A DNA stretch of 63,950 bases, filler included, from Basidiobolus ranarum (taxonomy: Eukaryota): the NCBI GenBank assembly GCA_040143965.1. It is 10 parts of 10 records of this genome, joined end to end, with 100 filler letters (N's around TTAATTAATTAA, not from the genome) between each part and the next. Parts side by side here need not be neighbours in the genome. Positions count along the whole stretch, not along the records: positions 25,671 to 31,983 come from JASJQH010001347.1; positions 32,084 to 38,383 come from JASJQH010001348.1; positions 38,484 to 44,780 come from JASJQH010001349.1; 7 more parts are not named here. The stretch is one strand, 5' to 3'. This document shows, piece by piece, positions 26,001 through 39,885 of this stretch. Within the stretch, counting starts at the first letter, position 1. The number at the start of each line of letters is the position of its first letter. The notes below the pieces were generated by a model. That model was not told where the DNA came from, made no database searches, and saw nothing but the letters and a program-made list of their open reading frames with translations. A program made the position numbers and the translations under genes.

Positions 26001-29000
26001 TTCAAAATACACATTACTATTTGAACTTAAAGATTCTTCAGAATTTAAGCAATAAATCTGAAAAACATAATGTATGATATGTAATACTTCAACACAGCTT
26101 CCATTTGGCAAAGGATCGTTATTTTTGGGCTTATTTGACCTCACACGACACTCATCTTCATTTCCTATCCGCCTGCTAAACACAAGGGATCCACAACCAT
26201 GCTTACTTAGTACTAAAATTTCATGGGTCTAAATCATCTACACTTTAGCGATATCCAGTATCTTGACTCGGGTTCCAGCCTTCAGCACCCACGCAGTGGT
26301 TAATTTTACTGTTATATAGCAAACTACATTAATCAACTTAACGTATAACTGAGCGCAAGTTCTATATTTGATTTTGTATCCACAATGCTTACACTATCTA
26401 CAAGTTGGTTCTCAATGGTCCTGGATACAAAAGTGGTTAAACATATGAAATCAGGTTGGATGTTCGCGTGCGGTAGAGTCTACAAAAGTAGAATAAATTG
26501 GCATTAAATCGCTGGATTTAGCTAATGGAGCCAAGCAAATGTTTCTTACAACTGGGTATTTACGACCGATTATATATATAAGCGCTCAGTTCCATATTAT
26601 CGTGTTTTCCATATTCATCTGCCTTAACGCTGTCATTGGCGATTGTTTTGATGAGAGAAACATCGTGATAAAGTGAAAGCTGGATGTTGAACTGATAACA
26701 TATTTGTTATACGTTCCAATGCTAAATCAGAGTTAAGCAGCGTGGGAGCGCAGACAATTTAGTGTTGGATAGAAACAATTGCCGAACTTTGAACCAAACG
26801 ATTGTTTAACTTGTACATGAACATAGCGAAGGTTTTGTTTCAATGGTTTAATTAGCAAAGATTGCTTGGAGAAAGCCAGAGAAGATGAATAGCCTGTCAA
26901 ACGGAAGATTATTAAATTCAAAGACTAGTTGACTCTGATATGATAAAATCAAATTCTTGTACTTACCAACGTATTGATTCCATTCTTTATCTTGATGTTG
27001 TACATTCCATGCTTGTAACAACTGTGTTACTTTTGATATATTCCAGGAACTCTCAGCTAGAGGATACTTTGAAATTTTAACCTATATCATACGTTCTTCA
27101 CCTATACAGATACCGAAGATACTCTCATTTATTACTATTGATATTTCGGTTTTCTCCGGTAGAGACGACACATATCCACTACATTTCATTATAAACTCTA
27201 CAGGTAAGAAAAACATAGCACTGTTGTTTAATATCCTAATCGAGTGGTACTCTATCATCCTCCTTCCTCTTACTCACAACACTCAAATTATGCTGTTAAA
27301 AGAGCTGAAAGAAGAGCTCTATGTGCAGCGGCAGGTGAAGTACTAACAATAAGGCCAAAGCATAGATATCCTGACTTATAGTGGCGTTAAATGTAAGGCT
27401 CGCAATGGTCTATCGAAATGCCAGAGTAGAAGCTCTGATGTCTTGCGTTGATGGGGAGATAATTTCTAAATGGAAGGAATAGTACATAACAATGCAGCAT
27501 GCGTATGTGGTAATTGCCGGGTAATCTTACATATATATTACGTTGTATGGAATTCAATATTGTAATATGTTTTTCCAGATGTGCGTAAGTTACCACCATG
27601 GCAAAGATACGTTAAGTTAGCTTTATTATTGTGTAAACACTCGATTCGGAAATAGATCTCCAATATAGGTTTTGGATTTCCATATTCCGATTTTGTTTCA
27701 CAATTGAGCTAATAATCATAATGCCACATTGAGCCACATACAAATATAGAGTAAAGAAAGGATTAATATGCAGTCTTGATTTGACAGTTTCGTTTGTAAG
27801 TAACAATCGAGATTGAAGCTAACTTGGATAGAATGCGTTGACCAGTCCTACTTCCATGGATTCATGGCATCTGGACGGGTGGTATATAGGCAACCTGCTG
27901 AATTTCTATGCAATGGTTAATACTAGTCATTCAATTGTCGGGTTAAGAGCGTTGTGGTCAAGGAAATATGCCTATTGGCTCTAATCAAAGAGTCTAAGCA
28001 TTCGCCCATTTTAGGAACGAAAACTAGAATGTGAGAAGTCCAAGAATAAGGCTATTTTAAGATGTGATCTATAACGTGATTTACCAAATTCGGCAAAGTG
28101 GCGAAGGGTGGTATGGGCAATTGATTTCACAGATGTAAATTGTAAGCACATGATATTGTGGACCACTTTGGATAAGCCAGATAGATTGATATAGTGGAAG
28201 TCAGTACATAGGTGCGGGACGGTATTCAGTGATACATTCTTCAACAGTGATTTTCCACTTTTTTGGTTTCTACACTTGGTGAAATTCGTAAGTGCTTTCA
28301 TCTACAGTACAAGAACAAAGTTTACACCTTTCATGAATATCACTAAATCATCCATTCGTATTCTCCGAATTTAGCTTCGCCGCTCTTATTGTGAGATCCT
28401 TTGGGACAAACCCGAAGAGGAAGTGTACTCTTTACGGCTCGATTTCTAATCCTGGGGGTGAGCATAAAGAGTAAGCATCTATTAAGAGTTATCTTGTTTG
28501 ATACCTTAAAGTATCAGTAGTCTAGCTAAATAAATGCTAGGCTAGGCTCATAGTTAGGTACTTATTAGCGGAATGGGCGGTAAAGAACAATGCCTCAAAG
28601 TACAATGCAATGGAGTAAGCATGGGGATATTGAAAAGAACCTACCATAATCCAGGAATTGTGCACAAAGTATACTGTGGAGAAGTGCTAATTCTAGTCAG
28701 TTGTAAGTCGGCTATGGTTAGGTATAAACATTAAGCGTGAGTTTAAGAATGCGCTTAATGTGCGCATATTGCTATTTTAGTTTGTGACTTGTAATGTGAT
28801 TTACCAAACTTGCTCAAGTGGCGGAAGCCCGTGTGAATTCTTGGACCCCTCAGAAGCCACTATTGATAAGATCATTATTATTTTTTGGATATGATTCGAT
28901 GAAACATTTCCGATAAGCCAGATTTGCACCTCTACAATTGACTAGGCATCAGCAGTCCATTTAGAGTTAACAGATAGATTGCATTGGCTACACTACTAAA

Positions 29001-31193
29001 TCAGAATTTAATGGCAGATGCTATTCAGTCATCAATACAACAAGTAGAGCGAAGATTCTTGTCAAGTACGTGACTAGATTTAACCAATATAGAATCACTG
29101 AAAGAGTCCATAATCGAATGGATACATCTATTTACCTTGCATCACCAATATTTTTTAGTGCACATTTGAGCAGCGTCAGTATAGGTTTTCCCGACTAAAA
29201 TTCTGCCTCAGTCAATGTAGGTCTCGTCAAGTGGACACAGATTCGATACCGTAAATGAGATAGTAGAGGCATTAGTATTATTTCACCAACTCAAATGTAA
29301 CCAGTAAGTCTATAGCCGAAATCTAATCAACTCTTTCATGAATGTGTACTCAGTTGCAGCCTGCTTGAACGTTCAAATATTTAGTGTTGCTTTATTGAAT
29401 TGAAATGAAAAATAGTAAGTTAAAGACACGTTCAGGCATAGAGAATTTCACATCCCTAGACTAACATGATGATAAGGTGTTATTATGGTGTCTTGATGCG
29501 ATATGGGAATTGATTGATGATTTCTACGGTCTAAAATATTTTCTGCAGAGGTTGGGAAATATATTGGTTGCTCCGATTTGTGTAACAAATATCTCAGAAA
29601 TAAAGAACGCCGGAACGTTGGATAAACTGACTTTCTTTTAGAGTTCACAGGAGCAATATAAAAAATTTGTGAATATCTGTCCCAGAAAGACCCCGGATTG
29701 TAGATAACACGACAAAGTTAGGATAGTAGATGCGACAGACTCAGGGATGTCGCAGTGGATTGTAAATAATAAGAAACTTCGAAACCTGTTATCGAATGGC
29801 GTAATTCGTCTTTCACCTCTGAACTCAAATTCGACGATTAATTCTCATACCAGACTCGTTATGGACTTCCATCAGAGTTTCTGCAGGCTTCAACTTGCTC
29901 ATACAAAGAGAGGTTTCTTCCGCTCGTATACTAGTGGCTCGTGGTTGGTTACTGTTACTGTGCTGTTAATTCCATCTATAGATTTCACTCTAGATTAACA
30001 AGCTTTGTCTAATTAAAACTTAGCCAGTATTTATCTCTTTTGCCTATTCTCATGGCTTATCCCCGTAAACAGTAAAAATCTCGTGCTAACAAGCGGTCTT
30101 ACCAATAGTGGCTATTGAAGAATCATCGAAATTTCTCACACGGTTGGCAATGACATAAACCTTGGAACCCATATGGTGAACCCTGGTGCTGCCAAACAGT
30201 TGTGCAAGTATATATAAATCGCTATGTTTAATATAAATATAGGATGAACTTGGCCAATGAAGTGCCAAAGGACTTGTCTATAATATGTAGTTCTGAAGGA
30301 TATGCGTGTTCACTTCGTATCTAAGAACATCTCTTGTACTCATTCTTCGGTGCATCTCATCATTGTTAGTATAATTTTTCCCATCTCAAGTTCTGCCCAT
30401 GTAGATCGCGTGAAGTGGATGCTTACTTTTTACCGGGAATAGGAGCAACCGCTTATTCCTTCTTTGTCGGGTAGAGACTCATCCATCATTCCGTAATCAT
30501 TTCTTTATGCCACTCTTGTATGTGGCTCATAATGTGGATTTTTAATAATCATATTAACTCTACTAAAGTAAAAGCAATATAGAATCAACTATTGCTTCTA
30601 TTATATATTTTAAGTCGCTGAGTGTCCAACTGAGGTTATCGTCAAGTAGGGAATAAGATATTAACGTAATCTACTATCAATCATCGAATCATTAGTACTA
30701 GCTGGTAGTTACCATACAAGCATGTTAATTACCCCTTGATTTCTAGATTGATGGCTGATCCAATCTTGGCATGTTTAATGGGATTGTTCGCTTTATATGT
30801 AAGCAATTGAAGGCCTAATCAATCCCCCCGTTGCTGCAGGACGCTGAGGCCTATAGTTGACATCAACTGGATACATGGCTATTTCAAAAATAATCACTAG
30901 ACTATCCGCTTGGGCGATATACACTAAATCGACTCCGAAAAATTAAATTAGTTACTCCGACAGATGTCTATTCTCAGGAGAGATACACTCCGATTGGGAA
31001 AGGGTTTGTGGAGGCGTATGGCTAGTTCATAGGAAAGGTCTACTACCGAATATATCGTCAGCTACCAAAAATGAGCTTACATACTTTTTCGAAACGTTTG
31101 GGTTATTATAAATATAAACCTGAAGCATAGAGAAAGCTCAGATCATAAATTTTATAACACTCTATTACACACATCGACTTGAAAACATTTCAA

Positions 31194-31983
31194 ATGGTTG
31201 AAGCACCAAAGCTACCAACGGCGAAGTTCCTAAGTAGGATTGGTGTTCGATATAACAGTCCTATGACTCAAGTAATACTCGTCGGTTTTGTTTGTTTCTG
31301 TTGTCCCGGTATTTTCAACGTCATCAACGGTATGGGTGGTGGTGGTTTAAGCAATGCCACCGTGGCCAAGAATGGTAACGTCGCTCTTTACACTACTTTT
31401 GCTATCTTCGGTGTCTTCGGTGGTGGTTTCTATAACGTGTTTGGTGGTCGTCTGTGTCTTCTAACTGGTGGTGTCTGCTACGCTCTTTACACCGGTTCAT
31501 TACTTTACTACAAAGATCATGGCTCAAAGAATCCAGCCGGTGGTGAGGCCTTCGTTATTATTGCTTCCGCAGTTCTTGGTATTGGAGCAGGTATTCTTTG
31601 GACTGCTGAAGGTGTGATCATGATGTCCTATCCAGAAGAAAATATGAAGGGAAGATGTGTTGGTTACTTCTGGATTATCTTTAACTTGGGCGGTGTTATT
31701 GGAGCACTCATTCCTTTGGGTCTTAATTTCCACTCCGCGTCAAATGGAGTAAGTTCTTCCACTTACATCGCATTCATCTGTATTATGCTCGTTGGTGCAT
31801 TCTGTGGAATGTTAATTCTTCCACCAGAGAAGGTAGTTCGTAACGACGGTTCTCGTGTTGAAGTCGAGAAATTCAACAACGTCTGGCATGAAATCGTTGG
31901 TATTTTAAAACTTTTCCTTGACAAAAATATGCTTCTCTTGACTCCAATCTCCCTCGCTTCCAACTGGTTTTACTCCTATCAAT
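31194..31983 (+). CDS. UNC-93-like MFS transporter, 3'-truncated
   Basis: YNSPMTQVILVGFVCFCCPGIFN, WTAEGVIMMSYPEE..KGR, FWIIFNLGGVIG, VVRNDGS and ASNWFYSYQ. Confidence 0.92.
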
Positions 31984-32083
31984 NNNNNNNNNNNNNNNNN
32001 NNNNNNNNNNNNNNNNNNNNNNNNNNNTTAATTAATTAANNNNNNNNNNNNNNNNNNNNNNNNNNNNNNNNNNNNNNNNNNNN
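31984..32083. other. Artificial contig linker
   Basis: N44-TTAATTAATTAA-N44. Confidence 0.99.
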
Positions 32084-32836
32084 AAATGAGAGCAAGATAT
32101 TTTCTTATCAATCCATCATTGGTAGTTTAATGTATATGACAGTTGGAACATGGCCAGATATTGCAGATTCTGTAGGAGTTATGTGCCAATATCTTCAAAA
32201 TTATGGATCTGATCAGATAATAGCAGATGAGCAAATTTTCAGATTTTCAAAAGATACTGTGGATCTGTGCTTGAAGTACACATATTCTGGGTCAAACTTA
32301 GATCTGATAGGATATTTAGATTCAAAATGGGGAAGAGATATTGAATTCAGGAGATATACAACCAAATACTAATTTCTTAGTTGTAATGGAGCTATTTCTT
32401 GGAACTCAAAGAAACAACCTACCATAGCACTTTCTACAACAAAAGCAGAATACATGCCTGCCTGTGAAGCAACAAAAGAAGCAATATTGCTAAAAAAACT
32501 CTTCACAGACTTAGGTCATTCTGAAAATTCACCAACCACAATATTTCAAGATAATCAAAGTTGTATTCAATTGGCTAAAAATCTCACACTTCATAATAGA
32601 AGCATTCACATAGATTGTAGACGTCACTTCATTAAAGAGACTATAGAGAATAAGTTTATTGACTGAACTAATTGTTCTACAGAAGACATGATTGCTGATA
32701 TGTTAAACAAACCATTAGCTAGACAGAAATTTAAGAAATTTAGACCTTCCTTATGCTTAGCTTACATAGCTATTTAATTGAGGGAGAGTGTTGAAATGAG
32801 CATTGCCTAAGTTTCGATATAGTTATATATAGCTTC
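32084..32836 (+). mobile_element. Copia RT/RNase H relic with PPT (32780-32788) and start of the 3' LTR (32789-)
   Basis: SIIGSLMY, GYLDSKWG, ISWNSKKQPTIALSTTKAEY, FQDNQSCI and MIADML; GAGGGAGAG-TGTTG junction. Confidence 0.92.
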
Positions 32837-34088
32837 TGATCACGTCTTAAAGAGTGACCAAATGAAGAAATGTGTATTGGAATCCTATTAACTAGAGTCA
32901 TCATGCCAAATCACCTCAAACTTATGAGATTGTTAAGCGAAAAATTAGGGTTTGAAGCTAAAACTCAGTACTAGTGAGCTACTTGTAAACAATGGACTAC
33001 TACAGAAACTAGCTACAGCCGTAAAATTCTCTACCAAAGAGAGGGCCATGTATCTCTTCTACATCTGTATCGTCCAAAGCTTAGGCAGCGTTTTGGCAAT
33101 TTCAAAGTAGTGACGTCGATATGCGGGATGATCGGGATTGCCAACAGGCCTACTGGATGAAATTTAACTCGGAGTAAATTACACTGCATATGCATTTGCT
33201 TCAAATGGATCTTTTCGAGTAGGGAGCGAGATCACGAAGTTCTATTCAGGCCCTTTTGAGAAGGTAGCATTCTAAAAACCACACGAATGTTAAGATCCTA
33301 TATGAGAAGAGATACAGTACCTTCCTAGAGTTGAAAAATCCCTTCTCTTCGTCAAAATAAATTGACATACGAGAGCTGTAAAGTAAGTTGACCGATCCAG
33401 TTTATCCTAGTTGTACTGGGAGATAATCTCTTTAGATGCGGCTTGAATAACTGCAGATATTCACTAAATATCGATGATGCCCAAGAGAAATGATGTACTA
33501 GTAGTAGTATACATACGATTGTAGCGGTTTGGCAACACCGTTCAATATGGAATTGGATGTCAATATTCCTTGAAGTTATCCATTTGACTTCGGGCCGTAG
33601 AACATAATAAGCACATCTGTCGGCTTCTGTTATATCGAACTTCATGTGAAGTGAAAATCCATTTACAGGAGCCCAATCATCAGGAGCTCTTTTGAAGGCT
33701 CAATATTCTAATTTACTCTCTCCTCTAAACTCATTGGATATCTGGAAATAACAAGATTAAGGCAATCGAAATGGATGGGTCGAAAGGGAAAATCCACTGT
33801 TTCCGAGTAAACATGACAAAGAATTGATCTGATATGGTTTTCGTGTGAATCACGGATCGCTCGAAGTAATATGCTTCCAAAAAAGGAAGTGGCCGCCTAT
33901 TGGTACAATTCGTCACAAATCGCACATTCATTCTCATTATACGCAAGAAATAACCAGAACAGTGAAGCTGGAGTAGTGCTTCACAAACTTGCCATGATGG
34001 TTTGTATCAGAATCATATTTAGAAAGCAAACATGCGCTTTGATGCCGATTCGTCAGCATGGTTCGTATTCATACACGCCAATTCATAA

Positions 34089-36247
34089 ATCTGATAAAAT
34101 TCCATCTGATATCATGATATCCTTAACATTCACCCGTTGTTCCCATTGGAGATGAGTGTCCAATCAGACTGAGATTTCCAAAAAAATAATTTTGTGCAAC
34201 TCGCTGCTCTTGAAATACTGACATGGTTTCTACTGTAAGCAGCCAAAAGGCGGCTGTACTTGAGGGAATTCACTTACGAATCATTATCAACCCCAGCAAA
34301 TTTCACAGATCATACCATTTGAAAGCGATCCTGCAATGCTTATTTTGTTCGCAAATTCAAGGATTATCCGCTACTTTTAGTAATAACCAGAGTGATGAAA
34401 ATGGTGGGTTTTTTGACCTGGAGAATTTCCGGAGTGAGGTTGTTGTGGGCTTTCTTATATAAGACAGGCGGTGCTTTCTACCTATTCACAACACTACAGT
34501 TAGATCGCTTCATTCATCTCTAAAATGCGCTTCACTATCGTCCTTGCTGCTATCGCTTCCCTATCGGTCATGGTTTCCGCTCAAGATAAGGGATCGGATC
34601 ATCCTACTAGCACTAACACTACTAAGCCCGACTATGACTTGTCTGGTGCTTATCCTATTCCTAGCAACCCTACCTGCATTGCTGACTGTAATAATGTAAG
34701 TGATTGCAAGGCACAATCCTGTTGAGGGCTGAGTTTTAACATTTAATTCATTGTCTTTAGAAAGCTGGTTCCGATATGATGCCAGGATATACCTCTGATC
34801 CTTCCAAAAAGGAATTTATTGATTCACTTGCGCTAGAGTGTAGCCAGGGGCCCAGACGCTTGACTTTTATGAAGAACGCTGGTATGTGCATGGGTTCTTG
34901 TAGCAAAGAGGACCAGGATCAATATCTTAACAACTACGGTCCAATGTGCGATTGGTATAAACTTCACGTTGACGACGTTAAACCTAATGATGCCACCTCT
35001 TTCACCGCCGCCACCACCATGACCGCTATGATTTCACTTGTGGTGTTTAACTTCATTGCCTAAATGTTCTATACGAACCACCTTATATATCTAGAAAGCA
35101 TTTTTGACTTCATAACCACTTTTCACCAATAAATCATTTCTTGTTAATTCACCATTATTGCACGTATTCTCGAGCACTATTAAGATCAAAATTTTCTGAT
35201 TGAAGGATCGTTGATGATCAGATAATCAACCAGAAGTTGGCGAGATCCACTGAATATGGTGGGAATTCGTTTTTGAAGTGGGGACAGAGTGAGTACTCCA
35301 GTTTGGTGCTATACCACTTTGTCCGTTAGCTGCATGCAAACAGTGGATTTCTTTGGTATTGGTAAATTCCGAAGTGATGACCAGAGTATTTTGGTGAGAT
35401 TGAGATATTTGTGTGACATACAAGTACCACATTAGGTTGTAGAGCTATCAGATTCTCTAATCTGTTCATCAGATAATTAACCGTCGATCTTCAAATTCCA
35501 TTAGTTTGTGATACCTGTATTGGAAATTTAAGTGGCGATACTTTATCTTCATTAGAATTTCTCCGGAGTTAACCAATACCGTCATCCCGCTTGGCTCGGA
35601 TTACTTCCCATAAATTCATCAATGAATCCTAGCCGAATCAGATAACCCAATTTTATCTGATGCTGAGTATCTTATATCAGGTCAGTGTTCGAGAGCAGAA
35701 TTCTTTTGGTTTTTTCATTAGGGTCTAGCTCTTATATTTCCTATAGTTATTCCCCGATTTGGTCACCTGTTCGTTATTCTCAAAGGGTTGATACTTGTCA
35801 CTTTGTGGTGTGCGTTAATTCTATTGTACTTCGAATATCTTTTAAGGATACAGAAACAGGGGCTTAGGTAACGGCCACTAATTGAGACATTCCATATCAC
35901 GATGACTGCGTTGGGAAGTGATGGCTTGGAAAATGATCAGGGATTTAAATGGACTATTGAGAAATCAATATACCAGTGTATTGCATCGAACCCATCTACT
36001 ATGGTGACTGTATTTACTATGGGTTAACAATACCGTGTACTTCGGTTAATTGCCCCAACAGATCAGTAATCGAGATATTTGGCCCACATTGAGTCTATTA
36101 AGTTGCTCTTTATGGATAGGTAATCAAATCTAATATAACCATATACTATAATCTAGCGCAGAAAAAACCATTTCGTACTCAAGCAATCAACATATTATCT
36201 AATCATGAGTTGGAGGTAAACTTGAGTTCACCTAGGGAATCTGATAA
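34089..36247. promoter_or_regulatory. Cluster of six exact ATCWGATAA (iron-GATA-type) boxes
   Basis: 34089-34097, 35217-35225, 35468-35476, 35637-35645, 35653-35661 (minus) and 36239-36247. Confidence 0.6.
34525..35063 (+). CDS. Uncharacterised secreted, probably GPI-anchored 6-Cys protein, 157 aa; exons 34525-34695 and 34761-35063
   Basis: Signal peptide MRFTIVLAAIASLSVMVSA, GT-AG intron in frame, hydrophobic C-terminal tail, TATATAA at ~34456 and AATAAA at ~35128. Confidence 0.85.
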
Positions 36248-36299
36248 GATTTTACGCATTATGATTGTTGTACATTTCGATACTTTAGCTCTTAACGTA

Positions 36300-38035
36300 T
36301 GTTGAACTTGTTCCCTGTTATTAGGTAGAGTGATGCTTTGCCTATGCCATTATATGAGTTATAAATTATTCTTCACTGCTCTTTGGTTAGTGATAATTTT
36401 CAAGAATTTGATGGCTGAGAATATTGAGATCAAACTTGTAAATTGTACTTTTTACAATCAGGATACTGGGGGTCTTAATATAATAGCCTAGTCTTGTAGA
36501 TTTTACAAGTTCAGTTTATATGGGAAAGTAGGAATACTGTCATATGCATCAGAAAGGTAAAGAAAGTTGTAAGCTCTACTAGACCATAAAGTATTTAGTA
36601 CTGTAGCTTAAAGTGGTGCCTAAAATAATTTATAGAGTTTCAACAAGCAGAGTTGTTACAAGCTTGGACCACATGCACTAGATGGTCAGATAGGAGTCAT
36701 TGACTGTTTAGTGGACTTGTTCCCTGTGATAGTGCCAGATTGTGTTGTATATATCATTTTGGATAAATCATTCTAAATTTGATGTGTCACTATTCCGCAC
36801 TATCTAGCACTCTCTGGTATGATCAATTTCAATCATGTTGAATTTATTTTATTAATTCAAGGTCCAATAAATCCTGGCACAATGGAACAAGTTCAGCAAG
36901 CGCAAATGAAGTCATAGATCAAAATATTTCAACACCATATGTGGAATAAAAGCAAATTATAGTACTGCACATTTGAGAGATTCAGAAATATCATGCTTAA
37001 GCTTGGAAGCATTTTGTAAAGTTCCCAAGATCTGGAGTAAATGCATCCAGTATAACTAACTTGATATTAGCTTTTATTTTGGTAAACTACTCAGGCATAC
37101 TTATTAACACCATCCTTGCATAGGGAAGAATCTTACATATCATTTCTAAGTAGCTTACTAATACTCTCATGATTATGTAGGATGTGGCCTGATCACATAT
37201 TGTCCTTGATTTTACAAGTTGAGTTTATTACCAGTGTTGGTACATATAAGCAGAATCCAATTTTCAGCATATATTGTGTATCCTCAGATATCAATAAATA
37301 TTGTGAAGTAAAGCAATATACTGGACACCACTATCACATTGATAAGCAACTCTAAAGGTAGTAGCTTTTTCTATGAAATCTTGTTAAAATTGCCAGCAAT
37401 CAGTAACTACAAGCTGCATAATCCACAGCATATAAAGGTGCTATTTGACATTACTAACTTAATCCTACAGTAATGAGCTTCTTGCAGTATGAAGCAAAAA
37501 CAGAATGAAAAAAAGAGTACTTACTGTGTAACTCAGTGCCATCTAAGCTTTGCTACTTTGATTATGCAATGTGATAGCAACAAAGTCAAATTTCAAATTT
37601 GTCAATAGACATTATCAACTGTGAGAATAATGCAAGTTTTATGTTATCATACTCTTAAAGAATATAGTAGAGTTAGTATAGCTCAAAATTTAACTAACTT
37701 ACCCAAATTGCACAGGTTCACTAAACAAAAGACTCAATGGATATTTTGCCCATCTTTTTGAGATTGGAATTCAAAATAAGAACACAAATTAGTTAACTAG
37801 AATTGGATCTCAAATTAGTAGAGAGATTCCCATCAATAACCCTTTACAATTTCAGCAACTTGGACTTAGCTGCTTCTAAATGGACTAACAAATGGTTTTC
37901 TAACAGGATTTCCATAATATTGTTTACAGAAAATTAAACAGCAATTCCCATATGCACAATCCTTTTTCCATATTCTGCCTCCTTCCAGCAATGTAATATG
38001 GCATTTGGCATGCATATTTTTTGTAAATATGTATT
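36300..38035. repeat. Highly decayed, CpG-depleted repeat DNA of unassigned family
   Basis: AT-rich, almost no CpG, no ORF of 60 aa or more. Confidence 0.5.
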
Positions 38036-38383
38036 TATTAAAATATTGGAGAGTTTGTAGGAAGTGGTCTCAAGAATTGGAGAAATTGGTGGTTTTTACT
38101 CATTGATTTATTACCTTCAAAGTTGAAATTCATACCTTGGTCAAGATTAAGGCAAACTAACACTCAGAATGTCCCTAACAGAAATTTGAGGATTGTTATC
38201 ATAGGAAAACCATCACAATTTTAATCCATTTGGGATTGACCATTTCCTGACCGTCATAAAATTGTCAAGTTAGATTTGACTTTAATCAATTTTTTTGGTT
38301 TCAGGAGTGAAATTTCAAGATCTTGCAAAATAGTTCCAAATGAATGGCTAAAATCTCGGAGAACTTTGGATCAACACATGTGC
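38036..38383 (-). mobile_element. Copia-family LTR-related fragment
   Basis: The reverse complement matches the LTR 3' block (380-500, 16480-16610) and also 14850-15065. Confidence 0.7.
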
Positions 38384-38483
38384 NNNNNNNNNNNNNNNNN
38401 NNNNNNNNNNNNNNNNNNNNNNNNNNNTTAATTAATTAANNNNNNNNNNNNNNNNNNNNNNNNNNNNNNNNNNNNNNNNNNNN
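38384..38483. other. Artificial contig linker
   Basis: N44-TTAATTAATTAA-N44. Confidence 0.99.
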
Positions 38484-39885
38484 TGTCCAGTAAATTCTAC
38501 TGTGGAAGTTTACCTTGGCCATTGGCTGGACACTCGTGAACTGTAACCCCTTCATAATCAAGGCTTATAGGCTCGACCAACTGAGATTGATGGTTGGCTA
38601 AATCCTCCAATGTCATCAGACCGCCTTTATATTTTACTATATCAACAATGGCCTGTGCAATCTCTCCTTTGTAGAAACCGTCACGGCCTTCACGTGAAAT
38701 AGCGCGTAGAGTTCTTCCAATCCGAGAAAACAATTGAGTCCGGAATATGCAGCAATAGACTTAGTGCAAAGTGTACTTACTTGGCAAGGCCCGGATTCTG
38801 GAATAACTCACCTTCCTTTGGAGCTTTCCCGTCAACCAATAACTCATTGTAATTAGGAGAAGAAGCTTTCAATTTTTCCACACCTTGCTCCCACTATATC
38901 AGCAAACGCATTAGTAAAAGATTAAAGCAAAGGACAATTATGATCTCAAACCAGTTTAGCGGAAATAGTTGATACAGCAAAACTAATTCAACAAATGTTA
39001 GTAATCGGTTTACTAAATCCGTAAAATTCGTTCTCAGCAAGATATACGTTACCCGTCTTCAGCAGCCATAATAGCAGGCTCCAAAATCTCACTCATGGCC
39101 AACTTTCCACTTCCAAAATGCTTCACCGTGTCAAACCAGCCAGCAGCAGCTCCTGGTACTGTTATAGCATGGCCACTATTAGATGGAATGGTAGTCGCTT
39201 CTCCAATATCAGCCTTCACTCTGTCTAGACTTGAGTTCCCAGGACTCCTATAAGAACGGCCGCAATTAATACATGAAGAATGAAGTATGGAAAGTTTGTA
39301 ACGCCAATACTAGCCTTCCAGAGCCGTTTAAACCCGATACCGCTTTTGTCTTGGCATCATAAAAAAGGCAAAAACAATCGCCACCGATGCCGGTCGAGGC
39401 AGGTTCTAAATAATTCGAATTATAAACTGACTCTAAAATGAAATCGAGTAAAGATAACCTACCGACTACACCTAGACAAGCAGCTTATAAAAGTTTGAAA
39501 AAAAGCATTGAATGTCAGATGATCACAAGTCACGCTTCGAGTTGCAACCGAACTTACCAACTGCAATGGCAGCATCCTACGAGAAATTGGATTAGTATCG
39601 AGACGTTAACAGTAGCTTATAGAACTTGAAATACCGCAGCATTCCCGCCTTTTTTTAATATTTCGTAACCAGCTTGAGTTGCCAGTGTCTGACTAAAAGG
39701 AAAGAGAGTCAGGCTAATATTGTATCAACTATTTGAAAAACCTTTATGCTTTACGTGCTGGCGACCATCGCATGAGTTCCATAAACCGGAGAACGGCGTG
39801 ATTTGAAAGGTAACTCTAAGTGCGCATTGGGAAGACCGGAACGAGGTTTAAGGTGACCGTTAGGAGTAGCTCTTGTAACAGACAT
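38484..39885 (-). CDS. Gamma-glutamyltranspeptidase family protein, many short exons, 3'-truncated
   Basis: [57 protein letters not shown] and HECPANGQG. Confidence 0.92.

Noticed and set aside
32212-32220. ATCAGATAA box inside the Copia RT relic
   Set aside because: It lies in decayed TE coding sequence, so it is treated as a chance background hit.
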